Positions 44,589 through 55,891 of a stretch of 64,000 nucleotides of DNA are shown here, one piece after another. Position 1 is the first letter of the stretch. Each line of letters opens with the position of its first letter. The position numbers and the translations under genes were made by a program. Source of the stretch: an uncultured Planctomycetaceae bacterium (GTDB lineage: Bacteria; Planctomycetota; Planctomycetia; Pirellulales; PALSA-1355); the NCBI GenBank assembly GCA_963785305.1, contig CAWAUV010000007.1:1440001-1504000 (forward strand). Direction: 5' to 3'. The notes beneath the pieces are model-generated. The model had not been told where the DNA came from and did not search any database. It saw only the letters and a program-made list of their open reading frames with translations.

Positions 44589-45158
44589 ATGCGGCGCCGG
44601 GGTTTCACGCTGATCGAGCTTTTGGTCGTGATCGGCATCATCGGCATGCTCGTGGCTCTTTTGCTGCCGGCGGTGCAGGCTTCGCGAGCGGCGGCTCGTC
44701 GCAAGGAGTGCGCCTCGAACTTGCAGCAAGTCGGCTTGGCGCTCACGATGTATGTCGACGCGCACGGCGGGAGCGGCGTGTTTCCTTGGTGCGCCGATAT
44801 GCCCACGGCGCATGCAAAACCCGACCGTGGTGATTCCGTTTCCCAGTATCGTCACGACTCTGAGCGGCTACACCGAGGGCAACACACTGATGTTTCGCTG
44901 CCCCGAAGACCAAACTTACTTTGTCACGTATGGCACAAGCTACGAGTATCCGCAGTTGACGCTCCAGGGCAAAACCCGGCAACAAGTGTTGGTCACTTCG
45001 AGCACGGCCAATGGCAGTTCGTCGCGCGTGGCGATCTCATGGGACGCCGGCACGGGAACGCATGCTCCGGCGGGCGAGGACGGGCGCGAAACTTCGTGTA
45101 TCTCGATGGCCACGTCGATGCTCTCTACGACCCCTCGCAAAACGTGAACGCTCAATAG
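44589..45158 (+). CDS. Prepilin-type N-methylation / DUF1559-like protein with internal frameshifts
   Basis: [47 protein letters not shown], and C-terminal NFVYLDGHV. Confidence 0.88.
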   Translation: MRRRGFTLIELLVVIGIIGMLVALLLPAVQASRAAARRKECASNLQQVGLALTMYVDAHGGSGVFPWCADMPTAHAKPDRGDSVSQYRHDSERLHRGQHTDVSLPRRPNLLCHVWHKLRVSAVDAPGQNPATSVGHFEHGQWQFVARGDLMGRRHGNACSGGRGRARNFVYLDGHVDALYDPSQNVNAQ

Positions 45159-45276
45159 CCGTTTCGATTTCTCGACCGAGAATCCGATTGCCTTGCCCAT
45201 GGGCTCCCGCGCCTCATAAAGTCGCCTGTTAAACATACCATTCGACCACTCGGCAAACCGATCGCGAGGTGTTTTC

Positions 45277-45963
45277 ATGATCCGCAAGACGCCTTCCAAG
45301 CAGCAGCAAGAAGCCGACCAACGTAAGCAGATCCGAAAAAAAATCGGCCTCTCGCTGGCGGCGCTTCTTTTTCTGATCGGCATCGCATGGGCCTGGCAGA
45401 GCTATGCGAAGCTGCGGGCCTTCAGCAGCCTGAAAGATCAAGCGGTCGCGGTGATGGATCAGCCCAATTCATGGGAAGACCTGCAAGAACTGCGAGATCT
45501 GGCGCCATTGGGCTATGCGCAGAAATTTAGCGATTTCATCCGCGATCAATACTCGCAGCGCGAAGAGCAGCGCATGCGGGACTTCTTCGCCATGAGCAAG
45601 GAAGAACAGAACTCGGCCCTCGATCGCGAGATCGCCGACGAAATGCGCCGCGCCAAGGAGCGAGAGAAATCTCGAGCCGAGCGCGACGCCGCCCGGGCCG
45701 CTGGCGGCGGCGCCTCGAGCCAGCGCCCCGGTTCGGGCGGGGGCAATTCGAATCAAGGCGGCGGCAACAATGCGGCGGGCGGGCAGAACCCAGGCGGCTC
45801 GGGCGGCGGCGGATCGGGCTTTCGCGACCGCACTCTCTCCCGCCGGCTCGATCGCGGCAGTCCCGAGGGTCGCGCCATGCGCGCCGCTTATTCAACACTC
45901 GCGAATGAGCGCCGCGCCGCGGCCGGTTTGCCGCCGCGCCGCAGCCCGCGCGCGCGCATGTAA
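45277..45963 (+). CDS. Hypothetical membrane-anchored protein
   Basis: CGAGG RBS-like site, N-terminal TM helix, charged helical region and Gly-rich linker. Confidence 0.7.
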   Translation: MIRKTPSKQQQEADQRKQIRKKIGLSLAALLFLIGIAWAWQSYAKLRAFSSLKDQAVAVMDQPNSWEDLQELRDLAPLGYAQKFSDFIRDQYSQREEQRMRDFFAMSKEEQNSALDREIADEMRRAKEREKSRAERDAARAAGGGASSQRPGSGGGNSNQGGGNNAAGGQNPGGSGGGGSGFRDRTLSRRLDRGSPEGRAMRAAYSTLANERRAAAGLPPRRSPRARM

Positions 45964-46047
45964 TCGAGGTTCGCACAGCATGTCGGTTGCGATCTCTCTT
46001 TTCGCGCCCAGCGCCGCCACTCGGTTTTTTCCTTGGGCGGATGTGGC

Positions 46048-47301
46048 GTGAACGACGCGTCGAATGCCTGGGATGTGATTGTCGTCGGCGCCGGAGCGGC
46101 CGGGCTCGTGGCGGCCTCGCGCGCGGCCGAGCGCGGCCGACGCACGCTGCTCGTGGAAAAGAATCGCCAGCCGGGCGTCAAGATTCTCATGTCGGGCGGC
46201 ACTCGCTGCAACATCACCCAAAACACCGACAACCAAGGCATCATCGCCGCCTACGGATCGGCCGGTCGATTTCTACATTCGGCCCTGGCGGCGCTCAGTG
46301 TCGAACAAACTCTCGCCCTGTTTGCCGCCGAAGGCTTGCGAGTCAAAGTCGAGCCGACCGGAAAAATCTTTCCCGAGAGCGATCGCGCCGCCGATGTGCT
46401 CGCCGCGCTCCTCGCGCGGCTGCAGCGCTCGGGCTGCGCGTTCGCAACCGAAGAACCGCTCGTCGATCTGAAACACGATGGTGATCGCTTCCATCTTACC
46501 ACGGCGCGCCGCGAGCTCACCGCTAGCTCGGTGATTCTGACCACGGGCGGGCAGTCGTATCCCGGCAGCGGAACCCGCGGCGATGGCTATGCTTGGCTGG
46601 CCGCGTTGGGCCACGCGATCGTGCCGCCGCGGCCGGCGCTCACTCCGCTCGTGATCGCCGAAGCTTGGCCGCGCGAGCTGCGGGGAGTGACCTTGCCCGA
46701 CGCGGCCCTGGCGGTGCTCGATCCCGCGCTGCCGCCGCGAAAGCGGGTATTGACGCAGCGGCGCGGATCGCTGCTCTTCGCGCACTTCGGACTCACCGGG
46801 CCGGTGGCGCTCGATGTGAGCCGAGTGGTCAGCCGCCACGAGCGACCGACGAGCCTCGTGCTCGAGTGCGACTTCGTTCCCGATCGCTCGGCTCCGGAGC
46901 TCGAGACCTTGCTCCGCGATCGCTCGACCCAGGCCGGGCGTCGCCAAGCGCCGGCGATGCTGGCCGATCTCGTGCCGCGGCGGCTGGCCGATCCGCTGGT
47001 GACGCTCGCCGGCATGTCGCTCGAGCGCAAAGCGGCCGAACTCACGCGCGACGAGCGATCGCGCCTGGTGGCGGCCTGCAAGCAAACTTCGCTTCGGCTC
47101 GAAGGCACAATGGGCTTCAAAAAAGCCGAAGTCACCTCGGGCGGCGTGGCGCTCGCGGAAGTCGATTCGCGCACCATGCAAAGCAAGCGCGCCGCCGGCC
47201 TTTTCATTGCCGGCGAACTGCTCGATGTCGATGGCCCCATCGGCGGTTACAACTTTCAGGCCGCTTGGAGCACAGGTTGGCTCGCCGGTAGCCACGCTTG
47301 A
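46048..47301 (+). CDS. HI0933/YhiN-family flavoprotein oxidoreductase
   Basis: VGAGAAG, KILMSGGTRCNIT, TGGQSYPGSG, AEVTSGGV, GELLDVDGPIGGYNFQAA. Confidence 0.93.
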   Translation: MNDASNAWDVIVVGAGAAGLVAASRAAERGRRTLLVEKNRQPGVKILMSGGTRCNITQNTDNQGIIAAYGSAGRFLHSALAALSVEQTLALFAAEGLRVKVEPTGKIFPESDRAADVLAALLARLQRSGCAFATEEPLVDLKHDGDRFHLTTARRELTASSVILTTGGQSYPGSGTRGDGYAWLAALGHAIVPPRPALTPLVIAEAWPRELRGVTLPDAALAVLDPALPPRKRVLTQRRGSLLFAHFGLTGPVALDVSRVVSRHERPTSLVLECDFVPDRSAPELETLLRDRSTQAGRRQAPAMLADLVPRRLADPLVTLAGMSLERKAAELTRDERSRLVAACKQTSLRLEGTMGFKKAEVTSGGVALAEVDSRTMQSKRAAGLFIAGELLDVDGPIGGYNFQAAWSTGWLAGSHA

Positions 47302-47470
47302 GCCCCGCGCGCAGGTCGCGCGAATTCTTCTTCATCGTGCAATTAGGCATGGTCGTGCGCGGGCGATCGTTGGCGATGTGCCTTTAAAAGCGAGGGTTCG
47401 CGTGGCGCTGCCCGCGAAACGCGATCGTTTTCGAAATGCCGCTCGGCTTGCATCAATTCGCAACGGGCTT

Positions 47471-47486
47471 CGGTATGGGAGTTGCT
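47471..47486 (+). promoter_or_regulatory. Candidate sigma54 promoter upstream of the PDZ protein gene
   Basis: CGGTATG-GGAG-TTGCT with GG-N10-GC spacing, about 170 nt before the ATG. Confidence 0.35.
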
Positions 47487-47657
47487 TTTCAGCATGGGAA
47501 GAGCCTTGAAAGGCGCGAGGAAACGATAGCGAATTGGCTTCGCGGCGTTCTAAGTGGCGTTTTGTGCGCCGGCCTCGCCGGGGATATCGATGTTTCCCGG
47601 TCGCTCATTCATGTTGGCCACTTTGGCCTATTCAACACCATCTTTGAGGAGATTCTC

Positions 47658-48299
47658 ATGAAACGCTTCATGAACTGTCTGGCCCTGGGCGCGTCGTCGG
47701 CGGCGTTGGCCCTCATGTTGACCGCGTCGGCCGCGCGGGCCCAGCAACGATTCCCGGCCTACGCGCCGGGTGCTCCGGTCGCCGCCACCGCGCCGGCGCC
47801 CGCTCCTTACGATCCCACGCTGGGCGGCGGCGCGGCGGCCGCGCCCACGGCGGCGCCGGTCGCGCAAGCGCCGGAGCCCAACACGAGCGGCCGCTCCGAG
47901 CATGCTCGCTTGGGCATCACGCTGAGCGACAACACGCAAGGCAAGGTTTGGGTGCGAAGCGTGGATCGCAATAGCGCGGCCGATGATTGCGGGCTGCGTC
48001 CCAACGATCAGATCATCGCGCTCGACGATAAAAAGATCGAAACCTATTTGGACGTGGTGCGCTACATCAACAACAAGGGCGCTTCCGACGATGTGACGGT
48101 TTACTTCCGTCGCAACGGGCGCCCCGGCATGCTCACCGCCTCCCTGGGCTCCGAATACGCCGGCCCCAGTTCGGGCTCGGTCACCGAGTATCCGGGCAAC
48201 GTGAAGCAGCGTTCGTATAGCACCCCGGCGATTCCGGGCGGTCCGACGTGCGCCCCGGGTTATGTGGTGCCGAACAATCGCGGCCCTTATGCGCGCTAG
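47658..48299 (+). CDS. Exported PDZ-domain protein
   Basis: GAGGAG RBS, signal peptide, LGITL...VRSVDRNSAADDCGLRPNDQIIALD. Confidence 0.85.
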   Translation: MKRFMNCLALGASSAALALMLTASAARAQQRFPAYAPGAPVAATAPAPAPYDPTLGGGAAAAPTAAPVAQAPEPNTSGRSEHARLGITLSDNTQGKVWVRSVDRNSAADDCGLRPNDQIIALDDKKIETYLDVVRYINNKGASDDVTVYFRRNGRPGMLTASLGSEYAGPSSGSVTEYPGNVKQRSYSTPAIPGGPTCAPGYVVPNNRGPYAR

Positions 48300-48360
48300 T
48301 CGTCTCGAGCAATGGTCGCCTCGCGCGGCAAGCAAGCCAGGAGCATTGTGTTTCGAATGA

Positions 48361-48398
48361 AGCCGGGCGAATTCACGAAGAATTCGCCCGGCTGTTTT
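48361..48398 (+). terminator. Intrinsic terminator between the convergent PDZ gene and pdxJ
   Basis: 14-bp stem AGCCGGGCGAATTC / GAATTCGCCCGGCT followed by GTTTT. Confidence 0.75.
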
Positions 48399-48456
48399 CG
48401 TTGCCGACTTGGCGAGTCGCGCGCGGTCGGCAAGCGTTCGCGAGTGGATTCGCGAA

Positions 48457-49185
48457 TCATTGCCCGAGCAATTGTTTCATTTCGCGCACCGCTTGTTCAA
48501 AGCCGACCATGAGCGCCCGGGCCACGATACTGTGACCGATATTAAGCTCGTGCATATGAGCAATCGCGGCGATGGGTTTGACGTTGCGATAGGTAAGACC
48601 GTGGCCAGCGTGGAGAGTCATGCCGGCCGCCACGATTTGCCGCGCGGAGCGCTCGAGCCGCGCCAGCTGCTCGCCGCGAGAGCGGTCATCGGCGGCGAGC
48701 GCATATTCGCCGGTGTGGAGCTCGACCGCGTCGACTCGCATTGCCGCGGCCAGTTCGATCTGGCGATCGTCGGGATCGAGAAACAGGCTCACCCGAACTC
48801 CGGCGTCGGCCAGACGTCGCACCGCGTCGGCCACCCGCTCCCGACCTTGGCTCAGATCGAGCCCGCCTTCGGTCGTCACTTCCTCGCGGCGCTCGGGCAC
48901 AAGCGTCGCTTGATCGGGGCGCGTTTCACATGCGATCGCCACGACTTCATCGCTCGCGGCAAGTTCGAGATTCAATTTGACCGTGACGGTCTCCTTGAGA
49001 ATCTTGAGGTCGCGATCTTGGATGTGACGCCGGTCCTCGCGCAGGTGCAGCGTGATGCCGTCGGCGCCGCCAAGCTGGGCCAGCGTCGCCGCCCAAACCG
49101 GATCGGGCTCGTTCGTGCGCCGCGCTTGCCGCACCGTGGCCACGTGATCGATGTTCACGCCCAATTCAACCATCGTTTTCATCAA
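48457..49185 (-). CDS. pdxJ: Pyridoxine 5'-phosphate synthase
   Basis: [45 protein letters not shown]. Confidence 0.97.
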   Translation of the reverse strand: MMKTMVELGVNIDHVATVRQARRTNEPDPVWAATLAQLGGADGITLHLREDRRHIQDRDLKILKETVTVKLNLELAASDEVVAIACETRPDQATLVPERREEVTTEGGLDLSQGRERVADAVRRLADAGVRVSLFLDPDDRQIELAAAMRVDAVELHTGEYALAADDRSRGEQLARLERSARQIVAAGMTLHAGHGLTYRNVKPIAAIAHMHELNIGHSIVARALMVGFEQAVREMKQLLGQ

Positions 49186-49227
49186 CCTTTCACGGGCAAC
49201 ATTTCGGCCGCCACGGGCCGTTGCGGT

Positions 49228-50607
49228 CTAAGCGAGTATCCAAAGTTTGGCGATCGAAAAAAAGATCACGATGCCGGTCACATCGACAAACGTGGCCACG
49301 AACGGGCTCGAGGCATAGGCCGGGTCGAAACCGAGCCGGCGAAACACGAGCGGCAGCATCGAGCCCACGAGCGTGCCCCAGAGACAAATCACGGTCACGG
49401 CCTGGGCCACGACCCAGGCCAGCATGAACCGGTCGACGCCTTTGAGAATAGCCTGCGGCGTGATCGCGGCCCGGGCAAAACCGATCAGCCCGAGCGTGAG
49501 CCCGAGCGTGATGCCCATGGCCAGTTCGTGTCGCAACACGCGCCACCAGTCCGACATCGTGATTTGGCCCAAGGCCATGGCGCGGGTAATGAGCGTGGCG
49601 GCTTGCGAGCCGGAATTTCCGCCGGTCGAGATACACAGCGGCACGAACAGACTCAGCACCACGATTTTTTCGATCGTCGTTTCGAAATGGGCGAGCGCCG
49701 TGAAGGTGAACAGCTCGGCGACGAACAAGCAACTCAGCCACACGGTCCGTTTGCGCCAGATGGTGGTGAAGGGTGTTTCGAGATAATGTTCGTTTTCCAC
49801 CAGCGGGGCCACGCCACCCAGGCGGTACACGTCCTCGGTGGCCTCTTCTTGCACCACATCCATCACATCATCGTGCGTGATGATGCCAAGCAAGTGATGT
49901 TCGTTGTCGACCACCGGAATCGCGGTGAGGTCGTATTGCGCAACGCGCTGGGCGACTTTCTCCTGGTCGTCGCCCGCGTCGACCGACACGATCTCGCGCT
50001 CCATCAGTTCGGCGATCGGCTTGTTGGGCTGACCGATGGCGGAGACCAGCGTGCGGGCCGAAACGGCGCCGTGCAGATGCTCTTCGTCGTCGACCACGTA
50101 AATGTAATAGATGGTCTCAAGGCCTTCGGCCTCGCGGGCCAGCTTTTCCCAGGCTTCGCGCACCGTGAGCCCCTCGGGCAGCCGGGCGAAGTTCGTGGTC
50201 ATGATCGAGCCGGCCGTGCCTTCGGCATAGGATTGCAGCCGTAGGATATCGCGGCGGGCCTTGACCGGCACGAATGGCAGCAAATGCTCCGCCACCGCCG
50301 GCGGCAGCGCCTTGAACATGTCGACCCGATCGTCGGGCGGCAAATGCGCGAGCAACTGGCCCACTTGGGCGCGGTCGGCGGTTTCGAGAATTTCGAGCTG
50401 CTTGTCGTGGTCGAAGTAGCCGAAGATATCGGCCCGCAACGCCGGGTCGGCATGATGCAGCACCGCCCACGATTCGGCGGCCGTGAGCCCTTCCATGAAC
50501 TCGGCGGTGCGGGCCGGATGCAGCGCCTCGCAGAATTCGCGCAGCTCGCGCGAATTCTGGTTGTCCAGCATCTCGCGCAGTTCGGGTAAGTAGAGCGTGT
50601 TGGTCAT
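49228..50607 (-). CDS. mgtE: Magnesium transporter MgtE
   Basis: N-domain, CBS pair (TAGSIMT), GGNSGSQ, DPAYASSPFVATFVD. Confidence 0.95.
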   Translation of the reverse strand: MTNTLYLPELREMLDNQNSRELREFCEALHPARTAEFMEGLTAAESWAVLHHADPALRADIFGYFDHDKQLEILETADRAQVGQLLAHLPPDDRVDMFKALPPAVAEHLLPFVPVKARRDILRLQSYAEGTAGSIMTTNFARLPEGLTVREAWEKLAREAEGLETIYYIYVVDDEEHLHGAVSARTLVSAIGQPNKPIAELMEREIVSVDAGDDQEKVAQRVAQYDLTAIPVVDNEHHLLGIITHDDVMDVVQEEATEDVYRLGGVAPLVENEHYLETPFTTIWRKRTVWLSCLFVAELFTFTALAHFETTIEKIVVLSLFVPLCISTGGNSGSQAATLITRAMALGQITMSDWWRVLRHELAMGITLGLTLGLIGFARAAITPQAILKGVDRFMLAWVVAQAVTVICLWGTLVGSMLPLVFRRLGFDPAYASSPFVATFVDVTGIVIFFSIAKLWILA

Positions 50608-50817
50608 CGAGCGCGGCGCAATCGAGCGAATCGGGGAGACTTCGAAAACGGGTCGCTTTGAGTATGCGGACAGCCCGGGAACCTGTCAAAGCCCGCTGCC
50701 GCCGCGCGGCGGGCGCCGCGCCAAGATGATTTCGCCGGCTTGCGATGAATCGCGGCCCGGAGCCCGGCGACGCAAGACACCCGGTCGAGAGAATGGGGAA
50801 TGCCGTAGCGCCCCCAC

Positions 50818-50896
50818 AAGCCTGAAGCGCCGGCGAAGGATTCCTTCGCCGTATTTTTTCACGCCAGCAAGACTCCTTCGCAGGCGCTTTAGGCTT
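50818..50896. repeat. Inverted REP-like pair of a second family
   Basis: AAGCCTGAAGCGCCGGCGAAGGA ... TCCTTCGCAGGCGCTTTAGGCTT. Confidence 0.7.
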
Positions 50897-50947
50897 CGAT
50901 TTTTCGCGATCAGGCGTCGGGCTTGTTTCCGCGAGCGATCGGCCCGG

Positions 50948-52372
50948 CTACAACGCCAGGGCCAAGGCCGGCGAGTCGATGTCCATCATCGCCGCGTGCG
51001 GATGAAAGAAGGCCTCGAGCGTTTCAGGCTGCGCGGCGAAGTCCAGGTGCAGCCGGCTGCCGATCGCCTGATGACGAGCAATCAGGGGCGGGTTCCAATC
51101 CCCCGCTCCGCCACGAACCGATATCGACGAAGCCGCGCCCGCCGTCGTCGAGCCGTTCGCGCCATTCGGCAATGAGCTCTTCGAAGACGCCCCCTTCGGC
51201 TGCTCGGCTCGGGAAAATGTCCACCGCGAGTTCAAATAACCTCGCAGCAGCGAGCCGCGCTGGCCCAGCCAGCAATCGGCGCTTAGCCGGGCCTCGACCG
51301 GCCGCGGCGCTTCCGGCTCATGCAACTTCGCGGTTACGGGCAGCACCGACGCCATCGGCGTCCGCGAGCCATCGGGCCGTTCGATGTGCCGACTCAAGTA
51401 GGCGAGGCCGCCGCATTCGGCATAGATCCGCCGGCCGCCGCACAGAATGCTCCCTGAGCGAAGCGAGCATGCAGGTATTGGCCGCGAGCTCGGTCGAGTA
51501 TGCGTCGGGTCGGCCGCAACCGATATAGACGATATCGGTCTCGGGCGGCAGACGCTCGTCTTTGAGCGGCGAGAAATCGCAGATCGTCGCGCCGCGCTGC
51601 TCGAGAACTTCCAGCAGATCGGGAAAGTAACAGCGAAACACATTGTCGCAGGCCATGGCGATGCGGAGCGACGTGGTTTCGACATGATCCCAGCAGTTGT
51701 CCAACTCGCGAAACGGAAATTCGTATTTCGAGGCCAGCGAGAGCAGCCGGTCGATGTCGGTTGATTGGTCGACAGCCCGGGCCAATGCGCCAATCAGCTT
51801 CGCATCGGGCGCCACGCCTCGCGCGAGCCGCGCAACTTCGGCGCGGGCCGCGTCGAGCGATTCCATGGCCCCCACGACCGGCACGCCCCACATGGTTTCG
51901 AAATGCGTTTGCCAGCGACAGAGCACCGCGCGATCGGAGAGTCCGTCGAGCAACACGCCATCGAGTCCCGCGGGCCGGGCGGGCAAACGGCAATTGCTCA
52001 AGCGCCGCACATCGACGATCGCCAACCGTGGCAAGCTCAGCCAATCGCAAAGCGGCGCCAAGCGACCGCCCAGCGAGCCATCGCCCCCGGGCGCAAATAG
52101 GCGCCTTCGACGACGCCGATATCGGCGTGGCGCATTCCGCGCAAAAACGCCTTCCGCGCTAAATCCTGGGTCATCAGCCAACTATCCAAGTGGCGCGGCG
52201 CGAGGCCGGTGATCGAGGTCGCGCCGTCGCGGCGCGAGAAACAGGCTCGCGAGAGAAAACTTTGCACCCCGAGTCCGCGGCGGTCGAGCGCGGCAAGCAG
52301 TCCCCAAACGAGCGGCGCGGAATCGGTTCCAGGCTCGATGGCCCCAATGGCAAGACGCGGCAGGTGCGACAT
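50948..52372 (-). CDS. Divergent CobB/CbiA (cobyrinate a,c-diamide synthase)-like protein; several frameshifts
   Basis: PRLAIG...RHLDSWLM...VVEG; WGVPVVG; FRCYFPDLLEVL...FSPLKDERLP; IYAECGGLAYL; LHLDF. Confidence 0.75.
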
Positions 52373-52669
52373 GATCGATGTTTGCCTCGTGATGACTTTT
52401 GCCGCCGAATGGATCTTGCGCGGCGGCGGCGTTGATCGCCGCGTCGCCAACCAACATTCAAGAGATCGAATCGCCGCGCGGCGACAGGGCGTGCTTCATA
52501 ACGTGCTTCTCCAAGGGGATTGTTAGGGTCGGCCTTGGCTGGGTCAAGGATTTTGCAGGCGACCGACTTCGTTAGCCACCTATCGTTTGTCGCTCCAAAA
52601 AATCCTGCCCGCGGCTAGCGCCGATAGCACCCGATTCTCGCCGAAAAGGCGGTCGGACACGGAAGAGCC

Positions 52670-52728
52670 AAAAAAAACCGGACGTTCGCCGCCCGCGCGA
52701 TGGCTCGCGCGGGTGGGAACGTCCGGTT
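52670..52728 (-). terminator. Intrinsic terminator after degP
   Basis: Minus strand AACCGGACGTTC...GAACGTCCGGTT followed by a T run. Confidence 0.75.
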
Positions 52729-52764
52729 GCAAATTCGCGAACGAGACAGGAACAAGACAGGTTG

Positions 52765-54338
52765 TTAGCGCAGCACGACCATGTGATTGCCGCGTTGGGT
52801 GCGAACCAGGAGCATCACGCCATCCTTGAGCGATTCGGCCTTCACGGCCTCCTTGAACTCATCGACGTTTTTCACCCACTTCGAGCCGACTTTCATCACG
52901 AGCATGCCTTCACGCAGCCCCTGCTCGGCGGCGGGGCTGTCCGGCTCGACCTTCTTGATCACCACGCCGTTGCGGCCCTTGAAGTTGGGCATGGCCGCGT
53001 CGGCTGGAGTCATGTCGGCTACTTCCAAACCAAGCTTGTCGCTCTCGACCGTGGGCGCCGCCGCCGGCGCCGCTTCCGACGACTCTTCGTCGCCGGACAC
53101 CGAGCCGAAATTCTTGGGAAGCGCCTTCGCGGTGAGGGTGAGCGTCACGGGCTTGCCGTCGCGCATCACGACGAGCGATTGCTTCGAATTGAGCGGCACG
53201 CGTTCGACCAACTCTTGCAATTCATGGGGACCATGCACGCGGCGCTCGCCGAACTTCACGACCACGTCGCCTTCTTGCATTCCCGCATCGGCCGCCGGCG
53301 AGCCGGGAAACACTTCCGACACCATCACGCCCTCGCCGTGCTTGACGCCCACTTTCTCGGCCAGATCACGCGTGACTTCGCCGATCGCGACGCCCAGATA
53401 GGCACGTTCGACCGATCCCTTCTTGATCAGTTGGTCGACGACCCACTTGGCGTTGTTGCTCGGATTGGCGAAGCCAATGCCGGCGAAGCTGCCATTGGTG
53501 CTGGCAATGGCGGTGTTGATTCCAATCACCTCGCCATCGAGATTCACGAGCGGTCCGCCCGAGTTGCCGGGATTGATCGCGGCGTCGGTTTGCAGGAACT
53601 GAGCGCGGCGGATCGAGCCGAGCTCGCGTCCCTTGCCGCTGATGATTCCGGCGCTGACCGTGTGTTCGAGTTCGAAGGGATTGCCAATCGCAATCACCCA
53701 ATCGCCGATCTCGAGATTGTCGGAGTTGCCCATGCGAGCCACCGGCAAGCTGCCGGCGCCCTTGATATGGACAATCGCCAAATCGCTGTTCTCGTCGGTC
53801 TTGATGTCTTCGCCCTTGAACTCGCGACCATCGGCCAGTTGGACAAGAACTTCATCGGCGCCGGCCACGACATGGTTGTTCGTGAGCACGATGCCCGACT
53901 TGTCGATGACGACACCCGAGCCCATGCCTTCTCGCTGGGGTCGTTGCATTTGCCCGAGGTCGCCGAGCTCGCCCCCGTGGTTGAAGAAATCCTCGAACGG
54001 GGTGCCTTTGAAGGGATTGGCGCCATGGGCGCATTGGGCATGTTGGGGCCCTTGGCTCGCCGCACGACTTGAGCCTTGGTTTTGCTGCGAATCGTCACCA
54101 CGCTCGGCATGGCCACCTCCGCCGCGTGGCGAAATGCGCGCGAGAGCGAATTGGCCGCGTCGCTCGCCGCGTGGTCGAGCGGTTTGACCGCCGGGGCGGA
54201 GCTTTCGTGGGTCAGAGCCACGGGCGATTCCTCGCCCACCGCTCCGCGCGGCCAACTAGCCACGCCCCAGCCGAGCCCCGCCGTGGTGGCCGCTAACAGC
54301 CCGACGAGCGCTGCCTTTTGAAAACCGGAATGAAACAT
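52765..54338 (-). CDS. degP: Do/DegP (HtrA) serine protease with two PDZ domains; frameshift near 54000-54050
   Basis: GSGVVI, LTNNHVV, SDLAI, QTDAAINPGNSGGPL, two PDZ domains; signal peptide is in the 53694-54338 frame. Confidence 0.92.
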
Positions 54339-54711
54339 GCGTCATGTCCTCCATGGAAATAAAGATGATGTGGGGGCCGTCGATGGCGCCAATGCCATGT
54401 CCGAGGCCCTGTAGGGGAAGGCAAGGCGCCTGAGAGAGTCGAAACGCCTTTCCTCCGATACGTGGGCGACCGGCAAACGGTTCGGCGATTTTGCGGCCGA
54501 TTCGCGGTCCGAGTTCGCGCTTGCCCGCGGGCCATGCGCCCGCCCAGAGGACAATTCTAGGCGCATGGCGAAATGGTCCTAGACGGATTTCCCCCTCGCT
54601 TGGGGAATTTGCCGCGAATATACCCGCGCCGCCGAGTGGCTCGAGCTACCAGGGCGCCCCGAGAAGCCATGTTCCCCGCGCGATTCGCCGCCCGGCGGCC
54701 GCAGGATTGCA

Positions 54712-54740
54712 TTGACAAGCTGTCGGGGCGCCGCTAAGTT
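54712..54740 (+). promoter_or_regulatory. Sigma70-type promoter for rnc
   Basis: TTGACA-N17-TAAGTT. Confidence 0.6.
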
Positions 54741-54761
54741 GGAACAGCGTAAGGTGTTGCC

Positions 54762-55541
54762 GTGAATCGATCCCCTGGAGCGTCGGCCCTGCCCATGACT
54801 CGCGCAGCTCGCGTCAAACAACCGGTGGTTGAACCGCCGCCGGCGCCGGACTTGGAACGTTGCGAGCGGCGGATCGATTATGTGTTTCGCGACAAAAACT
54901 TGCTGATGTCGGCGCTCACGCATGCGTCGGGCGCCCATCACCGCCTGGCCTCCAACGAGCGGCTCGAATTCCTGGGCGACGCAATCCTGGGCTCGGTCGT
55001 CTGCGAGATGCTTTATCGGCAATATCCCGATTACCTCGAAGGCGACCTGACCAAGGTCAAATCGGTGGTGGTCAGCCGGCAGACCTGCGCCAAGATCAGC
55101 GAAGCGCTCGGTTTGCAGGAATTTCTGGTCGTCGGCAAGGGCATGACCACCAGTCCCAGCGTGCCACCATCTTTGCTAGCGGATGTGTTCGAATCGCTTG
55201 TGGCCGCGATTCATCTCGATGGCAACGATCAAGCGGCCCGCGAATTCATCCAGCGGTTCATCGGTCCCGAGATCGAGTTGGCGGCGGCCGGCGAATTGGG
55301 CGGCAATTACAAGTCGCTCTTGCAGCAGCTTGCCCAGCGCGAGGTGGGCTCGACGCCGATCTACCAGCTTCTCGACGAAAAAGGGCCCGATCATAGCAAG
55401 TGCTTCAAGGTGGCCGCGCAAATCGCGCGCACTCGGTTCGCCCCCGCCTGGGGACGCAACAAGAAAGAAGCCGAGCAGCGGGCAGCGCGCAACGCGCTCG
55501 CGGAATTGAATCACGAGCCGGCGCCGTTTCCCTCGGATTGA
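54762..55541 (+). CDS. rnc: Ribonuclease III
   Basis: ALTHAS, NERLEFLGDAILG, LADVFES, dsRBD (NYKSLLQ...GRNKKEAEQRAA). Confidence 0.97.
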   Translation: MNRSPGASALPMTRAARVKQPVVEPPPAPDLERCERRIDYVFRDKNLLMSALTHASGAHHRLASNERLEFLGDAILGSVVCEMLYRQYPDYLEGDLTKVKSVVVSRQTCAKISEALGLQEFLVVGKGMTTSPSVPPSLLADVFESLVAAIHLDGNDQAAREFIQRFIGPEIELAAAGELGGNYKSLLQQLAQREVGSTPIYQLLDEKGPDHSKCFKVAAQIARTRFAPAWGRNKKEAEQRAARNALAELNHEPAPFPSD

Positions 55542-55891
55542 TCGCCGGTTGCTGGCTTTGCCACGACTGCATCGCTCGCGCGGGATCGTCGGCTTCGCGC
55601 CGCATAGCGCGGCCGCTTGCAAATAATTCCGCTAGCGTGGTGTTTTAACGCATGCGCATGTCTCCGGCACGGCGCGAAACTCTCTGCCACGTGCGGCTTT
55701 CCGGCATCGCATGAAGTCGAGGCCGGCATTGACCCGATTCTTATGAGGGGCTATTCTTCGCGGCCGATAACCAGGGCACTTGCCTCGACCCGCCGTGGCG
55801 TTCACACACCAGCCACTCGATTTTGCAATGCAATCTTGGCGCCGCTTGGCGAGCGTGTGCGCCGGATGCCTTCCTCGCAAAAGATGCTTTC

